The position numbers and the translations under genes are program-made. From assembly GCA_030649735.1 (NCBI GenBank), contig JAUSFL010000044.1, positions 14,038 through 78,037 of the forward strand: a DNA stretch of 64,000 bases, in the 5' to 3' direction. Below, piece after piece: positions 19,439-29,280 of the stretch. The DNA comes from Candidatus Iainarchaeum sp. (GTDB taxonomy: Archaea; Iainarchaeota; Iainarchaeia; Iainarchaeales; UBA10191). Below the pieces are notes generated by a model that saw nothing but the letters and a program-made list of their open reading frames with translations, searched no databases and was not told the origin of the DNA. Every line of letters begins with the position of its first letter. Position 1 is the first letter of the stretch.

Positions 19439-20077
19439 ATGCCATCACGGAATGAGCAAGATTATTTGAGATACATTTACGAACTTCAGTCAAAGAACAA
19501 CCGGGGCGTCAAAGTTGGCGAGATTGCTAAAGAATTGGGAATTTCAAAGCCCAGCGTTTCTGAAATGCTTTCAAAATTCAAAAAGGCCGGCCTTGTTGAA
19601 TTCAAGAATTACGGGCCAGTCTCATTGACAAAGCGGGGAATCAGGCAGGCAAGGATTGTCCTTAGAAAGCACAGAATTCTAGAGGTTTTCTTTGCAAGGC
19701 TTTTGGGATTGAAAAAGTCATTTCATGACGAAGCGCATGAGATAGAGCACGCAATTTCTGAAGTTGCAAGCGACAGGCTTGAAAAGCTTTTGAAAAACCC
19801 GAAAGAATGCCCTGACGGGAGGGAAATCCCGGCAAAGCAGGCAAAAGTAATGACATTAAATTCAGCGCCATTGAACAGGCAATTGCGCGTGCTTTTTTCA
19901 AGGATTGAAAGAAAGGAAGAGCAGAGCAGGATTAACGCGTTGGGCCTGGTCCATGGGGAAAAAATCAGTGTGACAAAAAGAATTTCCAACGGCCCTTTGA
20001 TAATCAAGGTTAAAAAAAGCGAGATTGTTCTTGGAAAGAACATTTCATCCCTGATTTTTGTCGAGGCAGACAAATGA
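19439..20077 (+). CDS. DtxR/MntR-family metal-dependent repressor fused to a C-terminal FeoA-like domain
   Basis: N-terminal wHTH (GEIAKELGISKPSVSEML) plus metal-binding helices; C-terminal SH3-like FeoA segment. Confidence 0.85.
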   Translation: MPSRNEQDYLRYIYELQSKNNRGVKVGEIAKELGISKPSVSEMLSKFKKAGLVEFKNYGPVSLTKRGIRQARIVLRKHRILEVFFARLLGLKKSFHDEAHEIEHAISEVASDRLEKLLKNPKECPDGREIPAKQAKVMTLNSAPLNRQLRVLFSRIERKEEQSRINALGLVHGEKISVTKRISNGPLIIKVKKSEIVLGKNISSLIFVEADK

Positions 20078-21852
20078 AAGACTGCTGTAAAACAGGCATT
20101 AAGCTGAAAGGCGCTGACATTGCGCTTTTGGGAAACCCTAATGTCGGAAAAAGCGCGTTGATAAACCAATTGACCGGAATTGGCGCTACAGTGTCTAACT
20201 ATCCTGGAACAACAGTGGAAATACTGGAAGGCGAATGCAATTCAGGAAAAGAAGGAATAGTGAGAATTGCAGACCTGCCGGGAATATACTCAATCCACGG
20301 GTCTTCGGAAGACGAGCTGGTTGCGTGGAATTACATCAAGTCTTCAGAGCCCAAAGCAATAATCAACGTGGTTGATGCCACAAAGCTTGAAAGAAACCTT
20401 TTTCTCACTTTACAGCTAATTGCATTGAAAAGGCCAATGGTGATAGCGCTTAACTTTAATGAAGAGGCTGAAGAAAAAGGAATGAAAGTGAATGCAGAAA
20501 GGCTTTCTGAAATCCTGGGAGTTCCAGTAGTCAAGATTAATGCAGTCCGCGGACTGCAGGTAAACAAGCTTGTGGAAGAGGCAGTAAAACAATCCAAATC
20601 CAAAAAGTTGAAGAAGAGGATAATTTCAAGAGAGCAAGGCAACAAAAAAAACCATTCCTTGGCTTCTTCAATAGCTGAAAAATCAGTGTCAAAAACCCGT
20701 GGAAAGAAAACCAGCAATATTAAGGATTACTTGGATTCTTTAACAACAGACCAGTTTAGCGGCACAATAATACTTGTCATTATAATGGCACTGCTTTTTG
20801 CCGCATTGTTCATTATTGGCAGCGGGCTTTCAGGGATAATTGGAAACGCATTTCAATCATTTGCAGCGCCATTTCTAAACTCGCTGATCAATCTAGTTCC
20901 AAACAAAGTTCTCCAGGAAACATTAAAGTACATGTTTGTTGACGGGATTAACGCAGGCCTGCAGATAGCAATTCCTTTCGTGCTTGTTTTCTACGCGATA
21001 ATAGCAGTTCTTGAAGACTGTGGATATCTTCCAAGAATGGCATTCTTGATGGATAAGACAATGCACAAGCTCGGTCTTCATGGAAAGGCAGTGATTCCAA
21101 TGATGCTTGGCTTTGGATGCAGTGTTCCGGCAATAATTTCAACAAGAGTGCTTCCAAACCCTAGGGAAAGACTGTTGACTGCAATACTGATTGTCTTGAT
21201 TCCCTGCTCTGCAAGAACTGCAGTGATACTTGGAGCCGTGGGCCTTTTTGTAGGCTGGCAGTATGCTTTGCTGATTTACGCATTCCTTCTATTGCTCATT
21301 TTTGCTTCAGGATTCATTCTTGGAAAAGCATTGCCTGGAGAACAATTAGGGATTATAATGGAAATGCCGCCTTACAGGCTTCCAAGAGCAAAGAATGTTT
21401 TAATGAAAACCTGGATTAGAGTGAAAGACTTTATAATTTCCGCATTTCCGCTAATTTTCCTGGGCTCTGGGGTTTTGGGCGGCTTGAAGGCTCTTGGGCT
21501 TCTTGAATCAATTCTCGCGCCAGCGCAGCCTTTGATTTCAGGCTGGCTCTTGCTTCCTTCAGTCGCGGGAATCACGCTGGTTTTTGGAGTGTTAAGGAAA
21601 GAGCTTGCCTTGGAAATGCTTGTGGTCCTTGGAGGAAGCGCAAGCCTGCTGGCATTTATGAGCAGGCTTCAAATATTCGTTTTTGCACTGGTTGTTGCAA
21701 TTTACATTCCTTGCATTGCCACTGTCGGAGTCTTGAACAGGGAATTTGGGTGGAAAAAAGCCGCAATTATTTCAGCATCCACAATAAGTCTTGCAATACT
21801 CATTGGAGGAATTGCCGCAAGGATTCTTCCAGCCTTTGGACTGCTTTCCTGA
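20074..21852 (+). CDS. feoB: Ferrous iron transporter FeoB
   Basis: G-domain GNPNVGKS and a large polytopic membrane domain; 4-nt overlap with dtxR. Confidence 0.9.
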   Translation: MKDCCKTGIKLKGADIALLGNPNVGKSALINQLTGIGATVSNYPGTTVEILEGECNSGKEGIVRIADLPGIYSIHGSSEDELVAWNYIKSSEPKAIINVVDATKLERNLFLTLQLIALKRPMVIALNFNEEAEEKGMKVNAERLSEILGVPVVKINAVRGLQVNKLVEEAVKQSKSKKLKKRIISREQGNKKNHSLASSIAEKSVSKTRGKKTSNIKDYLDSLTTDQFSGTIILVIIMALLFAALFIIGSGLSGIIGNAFQSFAAPFLNSLINLVPNKVLQETLKYMFVDGINAGLQIAIPFVLVFYAIIAVLEDCGYLPRMAFLMDKTMHKLGLHGKAVIPMMLGFGCSVPAIISTRVLPNPRERLLTAILIVLIPCSARTAVILGAVGLFVGWQYALLIYAFLLLLIFASGFILGKALPGEQLGIIMEMPPYRLPRAKNVLMKTWIRVKDFIISAFPLIFLGSGVLGGLKALGLLESILAPAQPLISGWLLLPSVAGITLVFGVLRKELALEMLVVLGGSASLLAFMSRLQIFVFALVVAIYIPCIATVGVLNREFGWKKAAIISASTISLAILIGGIAARILPAFGLLS

Positions 21853-21903
21853 AAAAAAGGATTAGGCGCTGTTTTTTTAAATCCAAAAACACCTAATTAT
21901 ACC

Positions 21904-23766
21904 ATGCGCTTTGAGCTTGTCGCGGAGTATTTTGAAAAGATTGAGGGCGTGAGCTCTCGCTTGGAAATGACTGCAATCTTGCAGGAGTTCTTGCATAAGG
22001 TTCCTGCAAAAGAAATGAGGCGGGTCATTTACTTGTGCCAGGGAAGGCTTGCGCCTGCTTTTGAAAACTTGGAGATTGGAATGGGCGAAAAGTTCGTGAT
22101 GGAAGCCATTGCGAAAACTTCCGGCTTTGAAAGGAAGGAAGTCGAGAAAAAATTCAAGGAACTCGGCGATTTGGGGCTTGTGGCTGAAGAGTTTGCGAAA
22201 AAGAAAAGGCAAAAGGCATTGTACAGCGAAGAGCTTTCTTTGGACAAGGTTTTTGCAAACTTGAAGAAAATCGCGACTTCTTCAGGAACTGGAAGCCAGG
22301 ACTTGAAGATTAAATTGCTTTCTGAATTATTGAACAGCTCAAATTCTTTAGAGGCAAAGTTCATCACGCGCGTTCCAATTGGGAACTTGCGCTTGGGAGT
22401 CGGAGATCCCACAATAATGGACGCTTTTGCGTTAATGCTTTCTAAGGAATTCCGCAAGGAAAACCTAAAAGTTGTTGAAGAATTGGAGAAAGAGTTAAAA
22501 GAAAAAAAAGAGGAAAAGCGAAGCGAAGAGTTGGACAGGAAAGTAAAAGTGAAAATCCGCGAGCTGATTGAGGAAAAATACAACATTCACTCTGACCTTG
22601 GAAGCATTGCTGAAATCCTGAAAGAGCACGGGTTGAAGGGGCTGGAAAAGATTGAAATCACTCCGGGAATTCCATTGCGTCCGACTTTGGCTGAAAGGCT
22701 TTCAAGCGCCGAAGAAATAATTGAAAAGCTCGGAAAGTGCGCTGTGGAAGCAAAGTATGACGGCTTTAGATTGCAAATCCACAAGAAAGGAAATGAAGTG
22801 CATATTTTCAGCAGGCATTCTGAAAACATGACTGAAATGTTTCCGGACATTGTGAAAGCAGTCAGGGAAGAAATAAAGGCAAAGGACGCTATTTTTGAAG
22901 GAGAAGCCCTGGCTTACAATGAAACTGCTGAAGAATTTTATTCATTCCAGGTTACAATCCAGCGCAAGAGAAAATACGACATTCAGGAAAAAAGCCTGGA
23001 ATTTCCCTTGCGCTTGTTCTGCTTTGACCTAATGTTCCTTAATGGAAAAGACCTGATGCCATTGCCTTTCAAGGAAAGAAGGGAAAAGCTTGAGGAAGTC
23101 ATTGGAAAGGGAAAAATTGTTGAATTGACAAAAAGCATCATTACTGACTCTGCAAAAGAGCTGGAAAAATTCTTTGAACAGAATGTTTCCGCGGGCCTTG
23201 AAGGAATCATTGCAAAAGACTTGAACGCGAAGTACATTGCGGGCGCGAGAAAGTTTGCGTGGATAAAGCTCAAGCGCTCGTACAAGGGAGAATTGCAGGA
23301 CTCCCTGGACTGCGTGATTTTAGGATATTTTAAAGGCCGCGGGCAAAGGACAGAGTTTGGCCTCGGAGCTTTATTGACTGGAGTTTATGACGAGGCAAAA
23401 GACGAGTTTGCGACAATTGCAAAAGTGGGCACTGGAATGAGCGAGGACAAAATGGTAGAGCTTGAAAAAATGCTTTCAAAAATAAAGGAAAGGAAAAAGC
23501 CCGCGAGGGTTTTCAGCAACTTGGAGCCTGATGTTTGGGTAACGCCAATTCACGTGATTGAAATTCGCGCTGACGAAATCACAAAAAGCCCAGTGCACTC
23601 TTGCTCTTGGAATGGAAGTGAAGGCCTTGCTTTAAGGTTTCCGCGGCTTATTAGCATGCGAAGCGACAAGAAAGCGGAAGAGTGCTCTAGTGTTAAAGAA
23701 GTGAAGAAAATGTTTGAAAGCCAGAAAAAGCAAAAGACTTCATTTGGGGAAGGCGAGGAAAAATGA
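21904..23766 (+). CDS. lig: ATP-dependent DNA ligase
   Basis: Motif I EAKYDGFRLQ (adenylation Lys), OB domain, 620 aa. Confidence 0.9.
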   Translation: MRFELVAEYFEKIEGVSSRLEMTAILQEFLHKVPAKEMRRVIYLCQGRLAPAFENLEIGMGEKFVMEAIAKTSGFERKEVEKKFKELGDLGLVAEEFAKKKRQKALYSEELSLDKVFANLKKIATSSGTGSQDLKIKLLSELLNSSNSLEAKFITRVPIGNLRLGVGDPTIMDAFALMLSKEFRKENLKVVEELEKELKEKKEEKRSEELDRKVKVKIRELIEEKYNIHSDLGSIAEILKEHGLKGLEKIEITPGIPLRPTLAERLSSAEEIIEKLGKCAVEAKYDGFRLQIHKKGNEVHIFSRHSENMTEMFPDIVKAVREEIKAKDAIFEGEALAYNETAEEFYSFQVTIQRKRKYDIQEKSLEFPLRLFCFDLMFLNGKDLMPLPFKERREKLEEVIGKGKIVELTKSIITDSAKELEKFFEQNVSAGLEGIIAKDLNAKYIAGARKFAWIKLKRSYKGELQDSLDCVILGYFKGRGQRTEFGLGALLTGVYDEAKDEFATIAKVGTGMSEDKMVELEKMLSKIKERKKPARVFSNLEPDVWVTPIHVIEIRADEITKSPVHSCSWNGSEGLALRFPRLISMRSDKKAEECSSVKEVKKMFESQKKQKTSFGEGEEK

Positions 23767-24020
23767 AGGGCGGAAAGGCATTGGGCTTTGGCGCCAAAGT
23801 GATTGTTTTCCTCGCTGCTTTTGCAGTGGTAATAGTGTTCAATGCTTTCATTAGCCCGGAAATTTCCTCAAATGCTAGATTCTGGTTCAGGACAGGGGAT
23901 TACTTCAGCTTAATAATTGTCTTGGCCGAGACTTTCATCCTAGGCTCAATTTTCAGGGCATTGCTGATGTGGGCTTTCAAGATGCAGTTTGAAAGGAAAG
24001 AATTGAGGCGGTCAAAGTGA
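23763..24020 (+). CDS. Small membrane protein
   Basis: Two TM helices; overlaps the lig stop. Confidence 0.35.
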   Translation: MKGGKALGFGAKVIVFLAAFAVVIVFNAFISPEISSNARFWFRTGDYFSLIIVLAETFILGSIFRALLMWAFKMQFERKELRRSK

Positions 24021-25009
24021 GCGAGGGAAGCGGGGTTTTCGGCATCTTGATTGCGGCAATTGCTTTCATAATAGTTCTTTTTTTGGCTTACACTTACTTC
24101 CTGCCATTCCTTAATCCCCCAATAGACTTGAGCAAGGAAGTTAAAAACGGCTTTGCGATTTCACAGGCAAATGAAGGAAAAGTTTCTGAGGAAAAAAAGC
24201 TTTTCTTGAAGGCAAGCCAGTCAATTAACGCGAAAAACTTTGACGATTCTTCAACAATTGCCGTGCTTGAATGCAACAATCCTGCAATTTGCTGCATTGA
24301 TGAGGAAAACTGCAGCAGTGCATTAAGCATTAACACTGCATTCAGGGGCATTTTTGTGAAAAAAGACATTCTGACAAGCGTTTTTTACCGCTGCATGTTC
24401 GATCGCAAGGCTTTTGTCTGCAAGGCATTTTTTGGAGTCAAGCCAGCGCAAGTTGAAATTAAAAGCCTGAAAGTTCCCGCAACAATTGACCTGGGCAAAA
24501 ACAACGCTTTGGATTTAGAAATTAACATTCAAAATTCGGGCGCTCTTCCAAACAATGAGACAATGACTGCAATAGTGAAAGTTTTCAATGCTTCAGATAC
24601 CAATCCTTCAAAAGAGCCATTGCTTGAGGCAAGCCAGGAAATCGGGAAATTGCAGGCTGGAGAATCCAAAACCCAAAAAATGCAATTGCTGCTTTCAAGC
24701 CCTGGAAAGCTTGAAGTAAGAGTGAGTGTTTCTGGAGAGAATTCAGGAAGCGATTTGAAAAAAGCGATTGTTCAGGCTTCCGGAATTCCTGCAACAGGCT
24801 GTGCTGCTTTAGGCAGGCAGGCTCCAGAATTTTATTCAAGCAGCGGAAGCATTGAAGAACTGAAGGGAAAATGCGTTTCAAAGGCATTGTGCGGCAGTTG
24901 CAGTACTTCTTTTGAATGCAGGCAGGCCTGGCTTTCAAGGGAAGCAGTTGTTGTTTCAGCAAACAGCGATTACGCATACGTTGTATTGCAAGACAGCCAG
25001 TGCCAATAG
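24017..25009 (+). CDS. Cys-rich secreted/membrane-anchored hypothetical protein
   Basis: N-terminal TM anchor; many Cys in the extracellular portion. Confidence 0.4.
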   Translation: MSEGSGVFGILIAAIAFIIVLFLAYTYFLPFLNPPIDLSKEVKNGFAISQANEGKVSEEKKLFLKASQSINAKNFDDSSTIAVLECNNPAICCIDEENCSSALSINTAFRGIFVKKDILTSVFYRCMFDRKAFVCKAFFGVKPAQVEIKSLKVPATIDLGKNNALDLEINIQNSGALPNNETMTAIVKVFNASDTNPSKEPLLEASQEIGKLQAGESKTQKMQLLLSSPGKLEVRVSVSGENSGSDLKKAIVQASGIPATGCAALGRQAPEFYSSSGSIEELKGKCVSKALCGSCSTSFECRQAWLSREAVVVSANSDYAYVVLQDSQCQ

Positions 25010-25070
25010 GCAAATGACGAAAGCAATTAGCTTATATAATTTACGCCTAAGTCTTAGGTAAAGTGATTTC

Positions 25071-25496
25071 ATGATTGACTGGCAGCAATTTGACAAGGGA
25101 ATTTTTCTCGTTAATGTTCTGGGAATAATCTATGACAAGAAGTCAAAGAAAATCCTGATTGGAAAGAGGGAAAACGACCCTTTCACCAAGGAATTGGCCT
25201 GGTGCTTTCCTGGCGGAAGGCCGGCTTATGGAAAAAGCACTGGGGAAAGCCTTGTTGAAGAAGTCAGGAAAAAGACCGGCATTGAAGTGAAAGTGAAAAA
25301 GATTGTTTTCGCAAGGCCGTTTCCTGAAAAAAGGGAATTCTTGCTGCTTTATTATTACTGCGAATTCCGAAAAGGAACCGCAAAAGCGGGCGATAAAATC
25401 ACAGAATTAAAATGGGTCAGGCCTTCAGAAGTCAAAAAATACTTCACTACTTCAATAGCCGATGAAGTGCTTGATTTCTTGCAGAAATTAAAGTAA
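25071..25496 (+). CDS. Nudix-fold protein with degenerate Nudix box
   Basis: GGRPAYGKSTGESLVEEVRKKTGI aligns to the Nudix box, but REx2EE is replaced by EEVRKK. Confidence 0.55.
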   Translation: MIDWQQFDKGIFLVNVLGIIYDKKSKKILIGKRENDPFTKELAWCFPGGRPAYGKSTGESLVEEVRKKTGIEVKVKKIVFARPFPEKREFLLLYYYCEFRKGTAKAGDKITELKWVRPSEVKKYFTTSIADEVLDFLQKLK

Positions 25497-25560
25497 AATC
25501 GCGCTGCAGAATGCAATGCATATAAAAAGCATTTTCACTCTAGTCTAATTACTGAAGCTT

Positions 25561-26910
25561 ATGAGACTGCAAGAGTTTTTCCAAAAATTTGCGCTTTCCG
25601 AAGGAAACCAAGTCAGTGTCTTGACTAAAAAGCAGCAAATTTTGGAAGGAACGCTCATTCCGTCAAATGATGAAGGAATTCTGGCCTTGAAATTAAAGAA
25701 CGGTTATAATGCGGGCATTAAAGTTGAGGAAGTTTCTGAAATCAAGAAAATTTCTGAAGGCAAGACTGTCGGAAAGCCTCCAGTGAAAGAAATCCAGAAA
25801 GACTCAAAAAAGCCGACAATTGCAATACTGCACACTGGGGGAACAATTGCGAGCAGGGTTGATTACGCGACTGGCGCTGTTTACGCAAGCTTTAACGAAA
25901 AAGACCTTTTGACAATGTTTCCAGAGCTTTCGCAAAAGGCAAACATTGTTTCAGAGCACTTAAGCAACATGTGGAGCGATGACATGCGCTTTGCGCATTA
26001 TGCAAAAATGGCAAAGGCAATTGAAAAGCACGCAAGTTCTGGAGTTGCAGGAATAATTATTGGCCACGGCACTGACACTTTAGGATACAGCGCAGCTGCA
26101 TTGGCTTTCATGCTTGAAGGCTTGAATATTCCAGTGCTTTTGGTTGGAGCACAAAGAAGCTCTGACAGGGGCAGTTCTGACGCTGCAATGAATTTGGAAT
26201 GCGCTGCAGAATTTATTCTGAACTCTGACTTTGCTGGAGTTGCTGTTTGCATGCATGATTCTTCAAGCGATTCAAAATGCGCGATTCTTCCGGCCTGCAA
26301 AATGCGAAAATTGCATTCAAGCAGGCGCGACGCTTTCAAGGCAGTGAATGACACTCCAATAGCGCTCGTTGATTACAATTCCAAAAAAATAGATTTCTTG
26401 AAAGAGAATTTTGAAAGGAAAAGCAGCAAGAAAAAGCTTGTTGTTAAGGAAAAAATGGAAGATAAGGTTGCAATACTAAAAGTCCATACTAACATGAGCC
26501 CTGAGCAAGTCAGGTTTTTCGAAAAACAGGAATACAAAGGATTAGTGATTGAAGGAACTGGCCTTGGGCAAATGCCTGGATTTATTCCTGATGATTCCGC
26601 AATGGGAAACAAGGGAATTATTGAAGCAGTCGAATCATTGACAAAATCCGGCTGCGTTGTAGTAATGACTACCCAATGCATTTTTGGAAGAGTGCAAATG
26701 CATGTTTACGACAAGGGCGTGAAATTGATAAAAGTGGGAGTTATTCCGGGAGAAGACATGCTTGCTGAAACCGCGTTCGTGAAGCTTGCGTGGCTTTTGG
26801 GGCAGTATCCAAAAAGTCCTGAAAAAGTCAAAGAGCTAATGGTAAAAAACTTGCGCGGGGAAATAACTGAAAGGACAAATTTTGACGAAGACTTTGCAAA
26901 AGAGCTCTAA
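25561..26910 (+). CDS. gatD: Glu-tRNA(Gln) amidotransferase subunit D
   Basis: Asparaginase-type domain (ILHTGGTIAS, GHGTDT) with an N-terminal GatD extension. Confidence 0.9.
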   Translation: MRLQEFFQKFALSEGNQVSVLTKKQQILEGTLIPSNDEGILALKLKNGYNAGIKVEEVSEIKKISEGKTVGKPPVKEIQKDSKKPTIAILHTGGTIASRVDYATGAVYASFNEKDLLTMFPELSQKANIVSEHLSNMWSDDMRFAHYAKMAKAIEKHASSGVAGIIIGHGTDTLGYSAAALAFMLEGLNIPVLLVGAQRSSDRGSSDAAMNLECAAEFILNSDFAGVAVCMHDSSSDSKCAILPACKMRKLHSSRRDAFKAVNDTPIALVDYNSKKIDFLKENFERKSSKKKLVVKEKMEDKVAILKVHTNMSPEQVRFFEKQEYKGLVIEGTGLGQMPGFIPDDSAMGNKGIIEAVESLTKSGCVVVMTTQCIFGRVQMHVYDKGVKLIKVGVIPGEDMLAETAFVKLAWLLGQYPKSPEKVKELMVKNLRGEITERTNFDEDFAKEL

Positions 26911-26921
26911 AACTTTAGAAA

Positions 26922-27356
26922 TTGAAAGTTTGCGTGGGAAAATTAATGGATAATTTTCGGGTTGCTGTAAAAGCATTGATTTTGGACGACGAAAACAATT
27001 TGCTGCTTGTCAGGCGAAGCCATGATGACAAAGTGGCCGCCGGGCTTTGGGAAATTCCTGGCGGAAGGCTGGAGCTTGGCGAAAGCCCTTTTGATGGATT
27101 AAAGAGAGAAGTGATGGAAGAAACTGGAATTCCAATAGATATTGGGGCTCCAGTAAACGTGCAGCATTTCACAAACACGGACAAGGTTGTAATAACAATG
27201 ATTATTTTCAAATGCAAGGCGCTTTCAAAGGAAGTAAAGCTTGTTGACGGAGAGCTTTCAGAATTTGGCTGGGTGAAAATTCCTGAAGCAAAAGCCAAAA
27301 TTACAAAATACTTCCATAAGGAAATAGATATTCTGGAAAAAATGGCTGGTGTTTAG
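26922..27356 (+). CDS. Nudix hydrolase
   Basis: Canonical Nudix box GGRLELGESPFDGLKREVMEETGI. Start may be the ATG at 26946. Confidence 0.8.
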   Translation: MKVCVGKLMDNFRVAVKALILDDENNLLLVRRSHDDKVAAGLWEIPGGRLELGESPFDGLKREVMEETGIPIDIGAPVNVQHFTNTDKVVITMIIFKCKALSKEVKLVDGELSEFGWVKIPEAKAKITKYFHKEIDILEKMAGV

Positions 27357-27358
27357 AA

Positions 27359-29248
27359 ATGCCGAAACTAAAATGCGGGATTGAAGTGCACCAGCAGCTT
27401 GATACTGGAAAATTGTTCTGCCGCTGCCCGAGCTTTTTGCGCGATGACAAGCCAGAATTCACTGTTGAAAGAAAGCTTCGTGCTGTTGCATCTGAAATGG
27501 GCGAATTTGACGCTGCAGCCTTGGAAGCAATGCAAAAGAATTATACGTTTGTTTATGAAGGACACCACGAAAACGCATGCCTAACGGACATTGACGAATC
27601 CCCGCCAATGCCAGTTGATAAAGAAGCCTTGAGAATAGTCCTAGAAGTTGCATTGCTTGCAAAATCAACAGTGCTTGACAAGGTTTTTGTAATGCGAAAG
27701 GCAGTTGTTGACGGAAGCAACACTTCAGGCTTCCAAAGAACAGCGCTTGTCAGTACTGGCGGAAGCCTGAAAATCAATGAAAAAAAAAGCGTGGGCATTC
27801 AGACAATTGCGTTGGAAGAGGACGCTTGCAGGCCTTCAAAGAAAGACGAGGAAAACAAGAGAATTTACTACCGTCTGGACAGGCTGGGAATTCCATTGAT
27901 TGAGCTTGCGACAGCGCCAGACATTGAAACTCCAGAAGAGGCAAAAGAGACTGCATTGGCCATTGGAAAATTATTGAGGATTACTTGCAAGGCAATGAGG
28001 GGCTTGGGGACAATAAGGCAGGACTTGAACATCAGCATTGAAGGCGGAGCAAGAATTGAAATCAAGGGCTGCCAGGATTTGGAAATGCTTGAAGAGCTTG
28101 TAAGGCGGGAAATGCAAAGGCAGGAAAAGCTTTTGGAATTGAAGAAAATTCTTTCTTCAAAAGCAAAGCCCGAAGATTTTGGAAAATTCGAGATTTTAGA
28201 GCTTTCGGAATTTTTCAAGAATTCTGAAAACAAGCTAGTGAAGGGAAAAAAGATTTTTGGGGCAAGAATTCCAAAAATGAAAGGACTGCTTGGAATTGAA
28301 TTACAGCCCGGAAGACGGTTTGGAAGCGAATTGTCAGACCAAGTGAAGGCAAAGGCAGGCTTGAAGGGATTATTGCACAGCGACGAGCTGCCGAATTATG
28401 GAATTACTGAAGCAGAGAAGAGTCGCATTGCAGGCAAGCTTGATATTCCTCTTGACGATATACTGCTCCCTTATGGCGACGCTTTCATTCTAGTGATTGC
28501 AGAAAAAGAAGCAGCGGAGAAAGCATTCAAAGCAATCAGCGCAAGGATTTTGCAGGCTTTCAAAGGAGTTCCTGAAGAAACCCGCAATGCTTTAGAGAAC
28601 GGAAACACTGAATATTCGCGCCCTTTGCCCGGAGCTGCTAGAATGTATCCTGAAACCGACATTGCTTCTTTTGAAACTTCAGAAAAAGAACTCAGCGAGT
28701 TGGAGAAAGAGCTGCCTTTATGGCCGCAAGAACGCGTGAGGCTTTACACTGAAAAATTCGGGGTTTCAAGACAGCTTGCAGAAAAGATGTCATTGGACAA
28801 TTACGCAATCTTTTTTGAAAGCCTTGCGAAAAAAGGCTTTGATGCAACGCAAGCCGCTGTTTTGCTTTTGGAGGGATTGACTCAGCTTTCAAGGGAAGGA
28901 ATCAATGTTGAAAAATTTACGGAGCAACAGATTGAAGAATCATTGCAGCTTTTGAAAGATAAAAAACTGACCAAAGAGACAGTTCTTGAATTCTTGAAAT
29001 TACGGAGCAAAAATCAGTTCAAACTTGCAGCGGAATTGCTAAAAGAGTTAGGCACTACAAGTGTTTCAGAAAAAGAAGTGCAAAAAACAATTGCCGCAAT
29101 TGTTGCAAAAAGCTCTGCGCTCATTAAGGAAAAAGGCGACCGGGCAATTTCAGCATTGATGGGTGAGGCAATGAAAGAACTGAAAGGAAAAACTGACGGG
29201 GCAACAATCTCGCGAATTCTAAAAGAAGAAATTGCAAAGCTCAAATAA
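27359..29248 (+). CDS. gatE: Glu-tRNA(Gln) amidotransferase subunit E
   Basis: N-terminal KCGIEVHQQLDTGKLFCRC, AspRS-like insertion, C-terminal GatB/YqeY tail. Contains an in-frame copy of the dispersed 16-mer at 29045-29060. Confidence 0.9.
   Translation: MPKLKCGIEVHQQLDTGKLFCRCPSFLRDDKPEFTVERKLRAVASEMGEFDAAALEAMQKNYTFVYEGHHENACLTDIDESPPMPVDKEALRIVLEVALLAKSTVLDKVFVMRKAVVDGSNTSGFQRTALVSTGGSLKINEKKSVGIQTIALEEDACRPSKKDEENKRIYYRLDRLGIPLIELATAPDIETPEEAKETALAIGKLLRITCKAMRGLGTIRQDLNISIEGGARIEIKGCQDLEMLEELVRREMQRQEKLLELKKILSSKAKPEDFGKFEILELSEFFKNSENKLVKGKKIFGARIPKMKGLLGIELQPGRRFGSELSDQVKAKAGLKGLLHSDELPNYGITEAEKSRIAGKLDIPLDDILLPYGDAFILVIAEKEAAEKAFKAISARILQAFKGVPEETRNALENGNTEYSRPLPGAARMYPETDIASFETSEKELSELEKELPLWPQERVRLYTEKFGVSRQLAEKMSLDNYAIFFESLAKKGFDATQAAVLLLEGLTQLSREGINVEKFTEQQIEESLQLLKDKKLTKETVLEFLKLRSKNQFKLAAELLKELGTTSVSEKEVQKTIAAIVAKSSALIKEKGDRAISALMGEAMKELKGKTDGATISRILKEEIAKLK
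29048..29059 (+). repeat. Dispersed element copy inside gatE, in frame (LGTT)
   Basis: Exact 12-mer within the 16-mer GAGTTAGGCACTACAA. Confidence 0.8.
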
Positions 29249-29255
29249 AAAAGAA

Positions 29256-29266
29256 TTAGGCACTAC
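29256..29266 (+). repeat. Dispersed element copy (11/12) just after the gatE stop
   Basis: GAATTAGGCACTACTG. Confidence 0.7.
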
Positions 29267-29280
29267 TGAGTTGAAAAACA

